Positions 1 through 9,093 of a stretch of 20,000 nt of DNA are shown piece by piece. The notes beneath the pieces are model-generated. The model saw only the letters and a list, made by a program, of their open reading frames with translations. It did no database searches and was not told where the DNA came from. The first letter of the stretch is position 1, and each line of letters begins with the position of its first letter. The position numbers and the translations under genes are program-made. Source of the DNA: an uncultured virus (IMG/VR IMGVR_UViG_3300005253_000213) (lineage: Duplodnaviria; Heunggongvirae; Uroviricota; Caudoviricetes); the IMG/VR virus record IMGVR_UViG_3300005253_000213. One strand, 5' to 3'.

Positions 1-2910
1 ACTCGTGCCGAAGAGCTGTTCCCACCGACGCTCACGTGGGAGATCTCGGCGCAACTTCAGGGCATAGACGTTTCGGAGCTGCTGACTCGTGCCAGCCGCG
101 GATCGGTGACGCTCAACGTCATCGATTTGAAGGGCAAAGGTGGCAAGCCTGATGTGCGTCGAGATGTTACCACCATTCCAGGTCATATCTGGGGTGGTTA
201 CCCCGGCGAACCGCGGCATGCCGACGTAATGATCATCGGGAAGCGTCCCGGTGATGACGAGATGGCGTCAGGCAGAAATCTGCAGGGCAATAGCGGTATC
301 GAACTCGCCAGGGTTTTCAGGAAGTGTGGGCTACCGTATCAGAGTTTCTGGGTCACGAACATAGTCCAGTTCCTGCCGCCCGATGGAGGAAAGAACCTCA
401 AAGCTCACCACAGGCAAGACTGCGCAACGTTGCTTGCGCAGGAGCTGCAGGCCGTCAGGCCGAAGTACATTCTGTTGCTGGGCTCCGATGCAGTGAAGTT
501 CCTTTTCGGGCGCAAGGCAACGATGACGAGTCTGCGTGGGGCAGTGCTCAACTTCAAGTACGACGAGGTTGGCGTACTTCCAACGCGTGACTACGGAAAC
601 GATCTCGATGTCATTACTACGGAGTTCAGCAAGGCACAGGTCATGGTCACGACGCATACAGCAGCAATTCTTCGTGAGCCTTCGCTCGTGCCTGGCTTCG
701 AAAAGGACATCGAGCTGTTTGCCGACCTCATACATGGCAGGCGTGGAACACAGCCGCCGATCGATCAGGTCAACAACTACCAGTACATCCGTGACGCGGA
801 GACGTTGAATGCGCTTGTCGATCGGCTCATTGCAGAGAACTACACCAGCATCTCGATCGACTGCGAGTGGGGCGGCACCAAGTTCACCAGCGGCTATCTC
901 CGAACGATCCAGTTCTCGTGGGCTGCGGGGCAGGCCGCTGTTGTCATACTTCGCGACTGCGAACACGGTCGAACACCTGTTTTCAAACCGGCTATCATCA
1001 ATGCCATCGAAGCCATACGGCGGCTGATCGATCGGCCCGGCGTAAAACTCTGGGGTCAGAATATGCGCTCCGACGCGCTCTGGCTCGAAGACTTCGGCCT
1101 TCCTGTGATGAAGCGCTTCGCGTTCGACACCATGTTGGCTGATCACGTCATCAACGAGAGCTGGGAGCACGGTCTGTTGGCACTCACGGTACGGTATACG
1201 AATATGGGCCGGTACGACTTCGAGCTTCAGAGCTGGCTCAAGCTGAATCCGCAACCTAAAGACGCCGGCTACGCGAACATACCGGATGCCATTCTGCATC
1301 CCTACAGTGCAGCTGATGCAGATGCGGTGTTCAGAATCACGCCGGTCCTTGTCGACATCCTTGGCCGTTCAGAGAACGCTGACATCGCCTGGCTCTTCTA
1401 CCAGATTGTGATGCCGGCGAGTCATCCCATCCACGAGATGGAGCGAACGGGCATGCTTGTTGATCCGGAGCGGATGGTAGATCTTTTATGGAAGTACGAC
1501 GCGAAGAAGAAAGAGATCCTGAAGGAGCTGCGCGCCAAGATCAACTGGCCCGAGTTCAATCCGCGCTCCTGGCCGCAGAAGCAGACGTTGCTGTTCGGTC
1601 CCAAGCAGGACGGCATGCTAGGCATGACGCCCATCAAGACGACCGAGAAGCCATCGCGTGAGTGGTCCGAGGTCATGAAGCTGCCAACTGAAGAGCGGGA
1701 GCGGCTGAATGCGGCTACTGACAGTGAAACGCTGAATCTGCTCTGGATCGATGCACCGGACGACTTCACGAAGGCTGTCATTCTCAAGCTCGAACACTTC
1801 CAGACGATCGACCAGATCACGAAGAACTTCCTTCGGCTGCCGAAGGGATACACCGAAACTGACGAGCTCAACGTCGCGTTCGATCGTGACATCTACGTGA
1901 GCGGCTTGCTGGGACACATCGATGACGACGGACGGATCCGGACAACAATTTCGCAGCTCAAGGAGACTGGTCGTTACAGCTCCAGCCGCCCAAACCTCCA
2001 GAACATCAGCAAACGGCAGGAGCCGCGCTACCGCGAGATCATGGGCGAGGCCATTCCGACGATTCGTTCCTGCTTCGTACACAGTCCAGGACATGTACTG
2101 GTCGAGGCCGACTACAAGTCCGCCGAGATCGTCACGCTGGCATATCTCAGTAACGATCCGCAGCTCATCGAGGATGCGCTCGGCCCGGTGAAGCTGCATG
2201 CCAAGGTCGCCGTCGATCTTCTTGGTGCGCCATGTAGTTACGAGGAAGTTGCGAAGAAGTTCGAGCATCTCTACGTTGGTGCCAAGAACATCAACTTTGG
2301 CATCCCCTATCAGCGTGGCGCCAGAGCAATCGCACGCCAGGTGAATCGCGAGACCAAGGGTAAGGCAAACATGACGGGTGACGAAGCCCAGGGGATCATC
2401 AACAACTGGTATGCGCGCTATGCCCGTGTCAGGTCGTTGGTGGATCGATGCAAGCGAGGAGTTCAACGAAAGCCACACTGGATTCCGAACCCATGGGGGC
2501 GTAGGCGGCGCTTCTATGTTTCGCCGAGTCAGTCTGTCATGGCGGCACAGGAGCGGGAGGCAGTCAACTTCCCGATTCAGAGCACAGTTGCCGAGGCGCT
2601 CAGTAAGGCGCTCTTCAATCTGTATCAGTATCGGCGACTGCATCCCGCATACAATTTCAAGATCCTGCTGGCTATTCACGATGCGATCCTCTTCGATGTG
2701 CCGGTAGAGATCTTGGATGAGTTCATCGACAGTGTTCTTCCGCTGTGCATGGTGCACGGCGTCGAGATACCGTCATGTGCATTCTACGGGTCGCCTACGT
2801 TCAAGCTCGACATCGATACTGACATAACGCTCAGATGGGGTGAGCAACCGCAGCGCGAACATCTTGAAGTACGTGGCGTACCGGAACGATTTCTTCCGAA
2901 GGTAGGATGA
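1..2910 (+). CDS. polA: Family A DNA polymerase with N-terminal UDG-family-4-like domain and 3'-5' exonuclease (SPO1-type architecture); possibly 5'-truncated by the window
   Basis: Frame 1 has no stop from base 1 to the GTG at 106, so the true start may be upstream. UDG-like motifs: VMIIGKRPGDDE, WVTNIV, LLLGSDA, TTHTAAILR. Exo motifs: IDCE, GQNMRSD, YSAAD. Pol motifs: ETGRYSSSRPNLQNI, A (ADYKSAE), B (AKNINFGIPY), NFPIQS, C (IHDA). Confidence 0.95.
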   Translation, partial: TRAEELFPPTLTWEISAQLQGIDVSELLTRASRGSVTLNVIDLKGKGGKPDVRRDVTTIPGHIWGGYPGEPRHADVMIIGKRPGDDEMASGRNLQGNSGIELARVFRKCGLPYQSFWVTNIVQFLPPDGGKNLKAHHRQDCATLLAQELQAVRPKYILLLGSDAVKFLFGRKATMTSLRGAVLNFKYDEVGVLPTRDYGNDLDVITTEFSKAQVMVTTHTAAILREPSLVPGFEKDIELFADLIHGRRGTQPPIDQVNNYQYIRDAETLNALVDRLIAENYTSISIDCEWGGTKFTSGYLRTIQFSWAAGQAAVVILRDCEHGRTPVFKPAIINAIEAIRRLIDRPGVKLWGQNMRSDALWLEDFGLPVMKRFAFDTMLADHVINESWEHGLLALTVRYTNMGRYDFELQSWLKLNPQPKDAGYANIPDAILHPYSAADADAVFRITPVLVDILGRSENADIAWLFYQIVMPASHPIHEMERTGMLVDPERMVDLLWKYDAKKKEILKELRAKINWPEFNPRSWPQKQTLLFGPKQDGMLGMTPIKTTEKPSREWSEVMKLPTEERERLNAATDSETLNLLWIDAPDDFTKAVILKLEHFQTIDQITKNFLRLPKGYTETDELNVAFDRDIYVSGLLGHIDDDGRIRTTISQLKETGRYSSSRPNLQNISKRQEPRYREIMGEAIPTIRSCFVHSPGHVLVEADYKSAEIVTLAYLSNDPQLIEDALGPVKLHAKVAVDLLGAPCSYEEVAKKFEHLYVGAKNINFGIPYQRGARAIARQVNRETKGKANMTGDEAQGIINNWYARYARVRSLVDRCKRGVQRKPHWIPNPWGRRRRFYVSPSQSVMAAQEREAVNFPIQSTVAEALSKALFNLYQYRRLHPAYNFKILLAIHDAILFDVPVEILDEFIDSVLPLCMVHGVEIPSCAFYGSPTFKLDIDTDITLRWGEQPQREHLEVRGVPERFLPKVG

Positions 2911-2921
2911 AGAGGAGGGAC

Positions 2922-3365
2922 ATGAGACCAACGTGGGATCAGTATTTCCTGAGAATTGCAAGGGAGGTGGCGAGTCGCTCTGTTTGTCTGCGCCATCAGA
3001 TCGGAGCTGTGATTGTCAGGAACAAGCGTATTCTGACGGCAGGGTACAACGGTCCACCTGCCGGCTTGAAGCACTGTGAGGCGCGAGGCGGGTGTCTGCG
3101 GGATAGAAAGAAGATTCCGTCCGGTACGAGGCTCGACGAGGATTACGCACTTCACGCTGAGGCGAATGCGCTTCTGCAGGCTGCGCTTCATGGCGTCTCG
3201 ACCGATGGGGCAACGATGTATTGTACACATGGTCCCTGCAGTCTGTGCGCGAAGCTGATGATCAATGCCGGTATCAAACGGGTGGTGTCGGCGAAGCCGT
3301 ATCCGAATGACTTCGCTGCCCAGCTGTTGTGTGAGGCTGGGGTGAAGCAGGAAGAGCATACGTAA
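2922..3365 (+). CDS. dCMP deaminase (ComEB/deoxycytidylate deaminase family)
   Basis: RPTWDQYFLRIA..SRSVC..IGAVIV..GYNG, Zn-binding HAEANA and PCSLC. GGAGG precedes ATG 2922; the alternative ATG 2907 overlaps the polA end. Confidence 0.95.
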   Translation: MRPTWDQYFLRIAREVASRSVCLRHQIGAVIVRNKRILTAGYNGPPAGLKHCEARGGCLRDRKKIPSGTRLDEDYALHAEANALLQAALHGVSTDGATMYCTHGPCSLCAKLMINAGIKRVVSAKPYPNDFAAQLLCEAGVKQEEHT

Positions 3366-3389
3366 AGGCACGCGGAAAGGAAGAGAAAC

Positions 3390-4907
3390 ATGGGGAGTAG
3401 TTACAAGACGCAAGTCTCAAGAGGTGGTCTCGACGGTTCCTCGGGGTTCCTGATTCGGGCGGCAGGTATGCCGCACCGGACCACGATGCCCTCGTGGGAG
3501 AAAGAGACCCAGTTTCGCATCTTCCCGGCGCCGAAAGAGGGTGGCGGTTGGTACCCTGCACGGCTGTCCGCGGAAGACAACGACTTCAGCCTGGCGGTCT
3601 GGAGCGAGCCCGTCGCGAGGCGGCTTGGCGTGTATGAGCAGTTTACGTTCATCACGCGCATTCCCGGCCGGCAGGGTGAATCACCGACGGAGCGGTTCTG
3701 CAACGCGCTGATCCAGATGATCGAGGAGAAGCCCCGCGACGTTCCGGAGGATTGGGTCATGTGGCCCAAGGGCGGACGCGGCCAGGCACCGAAGCTGGCC
3801 AAGGTCCGCAACTGCGTCTTCTTCCAGGGCATGACGATCATGTCCCAGGGAAAGACACTGGTCAATGCAGCAGGTCAGCCCGCGCCGCAGTTCCCGTCGA
3901 TGCTCATGGGGACGATCTCGATGCAGATCTTCTTCGAGCAGCTCGCGAACAAGCGGATCCAGGGCGCGCAGCTACCGCCCGATCAGCTGGTCGAGCAGGC
4001 CAAGACTGACGAGAACGCGCGGAAGCAGCTGGACCAGTACTGGGCAGCGGCGTTCGCTCTCGGTGACTGGTGCTCGTTGGAGGGCGGCCGGGTCGTGAAG
4101 ATCTATCAAGCTCCTCCCGGCGACAACTTCCAGCGTCCACACTACGAGATCCAGATGGCTGAAGCGGTTCCGCTCCAGGGAATCGAGGCAATGGTGCGGT
4201 CGTTCTACAGGCCGTGGGAGGAGCTGCTCCAGTTCCACACGGCAGAGGCGCAGATCGAACTGCTCAGCCGGGCGTTCCCACCCGAAGCCGTCGACTTCGT
4301 TTTCGGACACACGGAGTTCGAAGCGGCGCTTCCAACGTCGGTCAAGGGCGCATGGCACAACTGGAAGACGAATCAGGGCGCATGGACGCCGGGAATGCAG
4401 CCGGGAGTGGCTGCTACCGGTGCACCGGCGCCGAATCCTCCGATAGTCGGACCGGCCACGGTTCAGCCGACGACGGCAGTTCCGCCGTCACCGTTTTCAG
4501 TTGCACCATCGTCGGCAGCGTTTCCGCCGACACCAGCAGCAGCCTCACCGGCACCGGCACCAGCGGCAGCTTCACCGGCACCGGCAGCAGTTCCGCCGGC
4601 ACCAGCGGCAGCTTCCGCTCCGGACGGAGCCAGGCAGTTCGATCTGAGCGGTGGAGGTCAGGTACCGGGAGAGGTAGCAGACCAGCCGCTCATGGGCAGT
4701 GGAGCGTTCGCAACAACGCCTGCCGAGTTCCAGCAGCCGGTCGGCGCAGGTACGCCGGCAGCGGCACAGCCGACGACCGCCGCTCCTGCTGGTACACCTG
4801 CACCGGCTGCAGCAGCCGGCGAGGTAGATGCGGCAAAGCTGAACGCTGCACTCGATGATCTGCAGAAGGGACGTGATCAGGCTGCAGGGGGCAACCTCGG
4901 TGGCTAG
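3390..4907 (+). CDS. Putative single-stranded DNA-binding/replication protein with long Pro/Ala-rich C-terminal tail
   Basis: 505-aa ORF with AAGGAAGAG upstream. N-terminal FRIFPAP resembles the IRFLP strand of gp32-like phage SSBs, and the gene lies between the polymerase and the recombinase. The function is inferred. Confidence 0.45.
   Translation: MGSSYKTQVSRGGLDGSSGFLIRAAGMPHRTTMPSWEKETQFRIFPAPKEGGGWYPARLSAEDNDFSLAVWSEPVARRLGVYEQFTFITRIPGRQGESPTERFCNALIQMIEEKPRDVPEDWVMWPKGGRGQAPKLAKVRNCVFFQGMTIMSQGKTLVNAAGQPAPQFPSMLMGTISMQIFFEQLANKRIQGAQLPPDQLVEQAKTDENARKQLDQYWAAAFALGDWCSLEGGRVVKIYQAPPGDNFQRPHYEIQMAEAVPLQGIEAMVRSFYRPWEELLQFHTAEAQIELLSRAFPPEAVDFVFGHTEFEAALPTSVKGAWHNWKTNQGAWTPGMQPGVAATGAPAPNPPIVGPATVQPTTAVPPSPFSVAPSSAAFPPTPAAASPAPAPAAASPAPAAVPPAPAAASAPDGARQFDLSGGGQVPGEVADQPLMGSGAFATTPAEFQQPVGAGTPAAAQPTTAAPAGTPAPAAAAGEVDAAKLNAALDDLQKGRDQAAGGNLGG
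4531..4623 (+). repeat. In-frame imperfect 27-nt tandem repeat encoding PAAASPAPA units
   Basis: caccagcagcagcctcaccggcaccgg at 4531, caccagcggcagcttcaccggcaccgg at 4558, and a partial copy at 4600. Confidence 0.8.
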
Positions 4908-4918
4908 GTAACAACGGG

Positions 4919-4948
4919 GATGTGGGCGTCCTTCGGGGCGCCCATGTC
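4919..4948 (+). other. Intergenic stem-loop with cUUCGg tetraloop and no U-tract
   Basis: gatgtgggcgtcc-ttcg-gggcgcccatgtc forms 13 bp including G-U pairs; the recA SD (aaggagg, 4956-4962) lies just downstream. Confidence 0.75.
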
Positions 4949-4968
4949 TACCGTAAAGGAGGATAGCA

Positions 4969-6234
4969 ATGGCGAAGAAAGCCGCCAAGAAGGCCAAGAA
5001 GGGCGCAAAGAAGATCAAGCGAGCACCGGCTGAGCTCATGCGGCATCTAGCCATGGCGAGTGAGAAGAAGCTGGGTCCGGGTATCATGTACGAAAACGTC
5101 TCCGAGCACAGCATGCACCACATCGGTCTGCCGTTGCCTGCCCTTGCAATGGAGTATCTGCTAGGCAGCAACGTACTGTACCTTGGTGCGCTCTACGGAT
5201 TGGCTGGCCCGCCGCAGTCATTCAAGTCTGCGTTTGCGCAGGAGCTGGGCAAGATCATTGTATCACATGACGGTATCAACACCATATGCGAGACTGAAGG
5301 TGGCAAGATCGCTGCCGTCATTCTACAGTCGATCTACGGACGATATGCCGATCGAGTTTCGATGCGATTGGAACACAGTGTCGAAGCGGCGCAGTCATAT
5401 CTGTCCAACTGCATCGAGTGGTTCAAGAAGCAGTTCCCGAATCGGGATCAGCTCTTTGGCTTGATCCTTGACAGCCTGAACGGTTCCAGCTCCAACGAAC
5501 GTCACGCTTCGATCAAGAAGAAAGGTCACGCAGAACGTGGTTTCCCAATCGAAGCCATGCTCTGGTCGAAGTGGTTTCAGGATCAGGCACCGAAGTTCAT
5601 GCGCTGGCCCGCTGTATTCATTTTCGTGAACCACGAGAAGCGCGACATCAACGACCCGCGGCGCAAGAGACATCCTGGCGGTGATGCACAGGACTTCTAT
5701 TCAACGGTCTACATGCATGTTCACCGGGTGAAGACGAACGAAGGTGTGGAGCAGGTAGTCAATCATCTCACACTCCAAACCGTGAAGCACTCGTTCAGCC
5801 TGCCAAGGCGACGTATCAATATCCCGCTCGTGCTCGACAAGTCCAAAGGCCACCTGTTCTTCGATTGGGGTCACGCAACGGCTGACCTGCTTGCAGACAC
5901 AAAGAAGCTTGGTTCGGTAGTGAAAGACGTCGTCGAAGTCACGTCGAGCAGTAGCTCCATGGCGGCACTCACGCGGACGTTCAGCTGCAAGCAGCTGGGG
6001 CTGACACAAGTAACGGGTGCTGAGTTGGGAAAGGCAGTTCACGCCAACAAGAAGATCATGCGGGAACTGCGGAAAATTCTTTACGTCAGGATGAACACTG
6101 TCTGGGCTGGCGCCATGCCTGTGACAGATGCAGCACTCAAGGAGCCGCCAGTTACTCTGGATAGTAGCGAATCGGTCGTAAATGGCAGCGTCCGCGGAGA
6201 CGACGCTGAGCGTACGAAAGACCTTGATTTATAG
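4969..6234 (+). CDS. recA: RecA/UvsX-like recombinase with Lys-rich N-terminal extension
   Basis: Walker A GPPQSFKS (UvsX-like variant), Walker B LILDSL, IFVNH, and PGGDAQDFYS (cf. RecA PGGRALKFYAS). Strong SD aaggagg. Confidence 0.85.
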   Translation: MAKKAAKKAKKGAKKIKRAPAELMRHLAMASEKKLGPGIMYENVSEHSMHHIGLPLPALAMEYLLGSNVLYLGALYGLAGPPQSFKSAFAQELGKIIVSHDGINTICETEGGKIAAVILQSIYGRYADRVSMRLEHSVEAAQSYLSNCIEWFKKQFPNRDQLFGLILDSLNGSSSNERHASIKKKGHAERGFPIEAMLWSKWFQDQAPKFMRWPAVFIFVNHEKRDINDPRRKRHPGGDAQDFYSTVYMHVHRVKTNEGVEQVVNHLTLQTVKHSFSLPRRRINIPLVLDKSKGHLFFDWGHATADLLADTKKLGSVVKDVVEVTSSSSSMAALTRTFSCKQLGLTQVTGAELGKAVHANKKIMRELRKILYVRMNTVWAGAMPVTDAALKEPPVTLDSSESVVNGSVRGDDAERTKDLDL

Positions 6235-6279
6235 TTCCCTTTCGAGTAGCATGTACGTTGCTCACTTGAAGGGAGCTAT
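6231..6279 (+). promoter_or_regulatory. Hairpin pairing the recA stop region with the SD of the XRE gene
   Basis: atagttcccttt (6231-6242) pairs with gaagggagctat (6268-6279); inner stem gagtagc/gttgctc. Confidence 0.6.
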
Positions 6280-6282
6280 GGC

Positions 6283-6855
6283 ATGTCGAACGTTGCGGCG
6301 AAAGAAGATCTCAGATCGGCAAGTGGTAAGCTGCTGATTGCTGCCAGGGGCCGTGCGGGAGAGGCGTTGCTGAACTATCCGGCCTATCCGGAGAATTACG
6401 GGAAGGTGCCGATACGTTGGAAAGGGCGACGCAAGATCTACTGGCATTTGCTGGTCGATCTCATATTCATCGAGCCGCCCATAGATCCGTCGGCGTACGT
6501 TGCGTTGCCGCCGAACGATCTCATGGCCAGTCCCAAGATGCCAATGGCACCGGATCCGCGGTTGTACGATTTTGGGCAGAACCTGCGACAGTTTCGCAAG
6601 GAGTGTGGCTGGCAGCAGTGGCAGTTGGTGGATGAGCTGGAGCATCTCCACGTGAAAGTTTCACAAACGACCATCTCTTACTGGGAGCGCAACAAGATGG
6701 CTCCCAAGGGGAGGTTCATTGTGGCACTGGCGCGCGTGTTCAGGATACCAGCGTTCGCGTTCTTTCTCAACTTCCACGACTGCGACTACCTGGAACAGGT
6801 CTACAAGTACATGAAGACCGTTTTCATCATGCATTGCAGGAAGGCACCTGTATGA
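6283..6855 (+). CDS. XRE/Cro-family helix-turn-helix regulator with unknown N-terminal domain
   Basis: FGQNLRQFRKECGWQQWQLVDEL...VSQTTISYWERNKMAP...ALARVF is a typical HTH_3/XRE pattern. Confidence 0.85.
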   Translation: MSNVAAKEDLRSASGKLLIAARGRAGEALLNYPAYPENYGKVPIRWKGRRKIYWHLLVDLIFIEPPIDPSAYVALPPNDLMASPKMPMAPDPRLYDFGQNLRQFRKECGWQQWQLVDELEHLHVKVSQTTISYWERNKMAPKGRFIVALARVFRIPAFAFFLNFHDCDYLEQVYKYMKTVFIMHCRKAPV

Positions 6856-7361
6856 GCAAGCAGTATTTCCCAGGCTTGGAAGAGAGTCTGGCTGAGGGGA
6901 AGAATCGAGCCGAAGCGGCCTATGCGGAGAGAATTATTCGTACCGTTTTGCGAGAGTGGTATGACCCCAAACCAGTTCACGACATCATTCGCACGGCAGG
7001 CGACGAACTGGGATGGTCGTGGTTCAATGACACTCAGGGCTGTCCATTCAGCATCTACTCACGGAAGCTGACCTTCGGCCTAGTAGTGCTTTTGAAGAGT
7101 GCGGGTTTCACCAAATCGTCTATCTGGCAGGCGTATTTCGAGGTGAAAGCGAATCATGAGCGCGACGACAAGGTGGCGCTCATATTCCCAATTCCCGGCT
7201 TGAGTAACTGGGTCATCCACAATGACTTTCAGCTCGCACTCACACCTGGCTACCACACGATAGTAAGGCAGGCCGCTTCGATCGATCGGGGACTCATTAT
7301 CACACCGTTGCCGGCTTTTCTGGCAGCGCTCAAGGAGGCATGGTCACCATGGGACGCCTAA
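6852..7361 (+). CDS. Hypothetical protein
   Basis: ATGA overlap with the XRE stop; 169 aa; fits operon packing. Confidence 0.75.
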   Translation: MSKQYFPGLEESLAEGKNRAEAAYAERIIRTVLREWYDPKPVHDIIRTAGDELGWSWFNDTQGCPFSIYSRKLTFGLVVLLKSAGFTKSSIWQAYFEVKANHERDDKVALIFPIPGLSNWVIHNDFQLALTPGYHTIVRQAASIDRGLIITPLPAFLAALKEAWSPWDA

Positions 7362-7813
7362 CGCGCCCGAGCGTGACGCCCGAACGTTTGCACTCGGACG
7401 CCTACGCAGCCGTAGATGATCTCCGTGAGCTCGGCCGGGAGTGTCGAGAACGCGGAGTTTCGGAGCGGACTCGCCTGTTGCTTGGACGGCTTGCGAGTTA
7501 TCCGCCGAACGTACGACTGGTAGTCAATCTCAAGATGTTGACCGGGCTCCTGGTGAATGGACCGGTCTACAACGTACTCACCGAGGGATTGACGCCACTT
7601 GAACACGCGGCGCTCGTAGAGCTCGATATGAAAGCGCTTTCGAGCAGATCGCGCGAAGTGGCTCACGGGCTACTGAATATCCATGAGCGCTGGCGCGCCA
7701 TGAAGGAGTTCCGCCGCATGTTCAAGAAGGCAATGATGGCGAAGGGGTGTTTCATTTCACTCAACGGACAACCCGAGGAAGAGCATGAAAAGAAAAGCAG
7801 TACCTCAGCTTGA
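7349..7813 (+). CDS. Hypothetical protein
   Basis: SD aaggagg at 7332-7338 precedes ATG 7349; overlaps both neighbours. Confidence 0.7.
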   Translation: MGRLTRPSVTPERLHSDAYAAVDDLRELGRECRERGVSERTRLLLGRLASYPPNVRLVVNLKMLTGLLVNGPVYNVLTEGLTPLEHAALVELDMKALSSRSREVAHGLLNIHERWRAMKEFRRMFKKAMMAKGCFISLNGQPEEEHEKKSSTSA

Positions 7814-9071
7814 ATTTGCCGGCACGAAGTATCCCGGCAGGCGCGCTGTTGCTGAGATCTTCAAAGAGATCGAGCGGCAGGCGAAATCATATCAGGACTA
7901 CATCGTTGCCACGAAGAATGTGACGATGCGCCTCGATGACGCTCATGGGATTGTGTTGGTGTTTGCCGTTGGCGGCAAGGACCACGCGCTCCCAATGAGC
8001 ACTGGGTCATATCTGCAACTGGCGCAGTGGCTGGGTATCCCGACTACGTCGAGGTTTTACCAGCGGTTGCGGTTCGGCCATGCGGACTACCGCAAACGTC
8101 GAGCTGGCCACTTCAGCTCACGGTTTTGGCAAACCTGGTGTGATATGGTCAATGACCATTTCAGGATTCTCGGCATCCGAAAGCTGATACGCACGCTGAG
8201 GCGGAAGGACGGTGCGTGGTACATACGAGCGGTCCTCAGCGATCGCTACAAGATCATTCCGAACGGGCATCTTTTCATGGCCGTTGCGGACAAGATCAAG
8301 AAACTGGACGCGGAGGTATGGGATGCCCGATTGTCGGAAGATCGGCTCTACCTCTACTGTGTAGCTCCTGGCATCAGTGCGCAGATTCGCACCGATCGCA
8401 CGTTCGAAAGCGAGCGGCGCTGGTTGGGCGACGTTGGCGACGTGGTGAATGCCGCACTTACACTCAGCAACAGTGAGACGGGCCACGGCGGCTGCGAGGT
8501 CTGCCCTGCGATCGTAACGCAGGTGACGAGTTCGTATATCGTCAAGCAGAATGCACTGAGTATGCGCCACATTGGTGTACGTCACGAGATGGATGCGATG
8601 CTCAGTGACACCACGATCAAGAAAGAGAACCAGTTGGTTTTCGCCAAGATCACCGACATCGTACAGGCCACATTCGACCCGGACAAGTTCCAGGTCTTTG
8701 TGGACAAGCTCAGCGATGCGACACAGGACGAAGTCGAAGATCCGGCAGCGGCAGCGAGCGCGCTGCAAGTCGTCTATGATCTCGGCGAGGAGCGCAGGGA
8801 TGCCATCATCAGTTGGCTCGTGAGAAGCGGCGATAGGAGTCGCTACGGGCTCGCGATGGCGGTTGCCCGAGAGGCGCATGACAACCAGAACCTCGGCGCT
8901 GCCGAAGCAATCAAGCTGGAGCAGAGCGCTGCACACATCATCGAGAAGCAGACGTCACTGAAGTTGGCGCGGGCATACCGCGATAAGGAAACCGGGAAGG
9001 CTATGAAGGTGGCCATTCAGGCTGAAGTCGAGGAGGCGCAGCCCATAGGTGTGGCGGCGCTGGAAGAGTAA
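7785..9071 (+). CDS. DUF932/DUF945-like phage/plasmid protein
   Basis: RAVLSDRY, LSNSETGHGG.EV.P and RHIG resemble this family; the usual CxNG appears replaced by TSSY. Confidence 0.7.
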   Translation: MKRKAVPQLEFAGTKYPGRRAVAEIFKEIERQAKSYQDYIVATKNVTMRLDDAHGIVLVFAVGGKDHALPMSTGSYLQLAQWLGIPTTSRFYQRLRFGHADYRKRRAGHFSSRFWQTWCDMVNDHFRILGIRKLIRTLRRKDGAWYIRAVLSDRYKIIPNGHLFMAVADKIKKLDAEVWDARLSEDRLYLYCVAPGISAQIRTDRTFESERRWLGDVGDVVNAALTLSNSETGHGGCEVCPAIVTQVTSSYIVKQNALSMRHIGVRHEMDAMLSDTTIKKENQLVFAKITDIVQATFDPDKFQVFVDKLSDATQDEVEDPAAAASALQVVYDLGEERRDAIISWLVRSGDRSRYGLAMAVAREAHDNQNLGAAEAIKLEQSAAHIIEKQTSLKLARAYRDKETGKAMKVAIQAEVEEAQPIGVAALEE

Positions 9072-9093
9072 CTCGGAGAGAGGAGAGTCAGCT

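Noticed and set aside
331..2757. Long minus-strand ORFs (322 aa, 379 aa) and other antisense ORFs throughout
   Set aside because: They are shadows of GC3-biased + strand genes, with no motifs or SDs.
4531..4623. Repeats as a CRISPR array or origin iterons
   Set aside because: They are in-frame, degenerate at third positions and have no unique spacers; no cas genes are present.
6852..7361. Possible Holliday-junction resolvase based on position
   Set aside because: No convincing PD-(D/E)xK, RuvC or RusA catalytic motif is visible.
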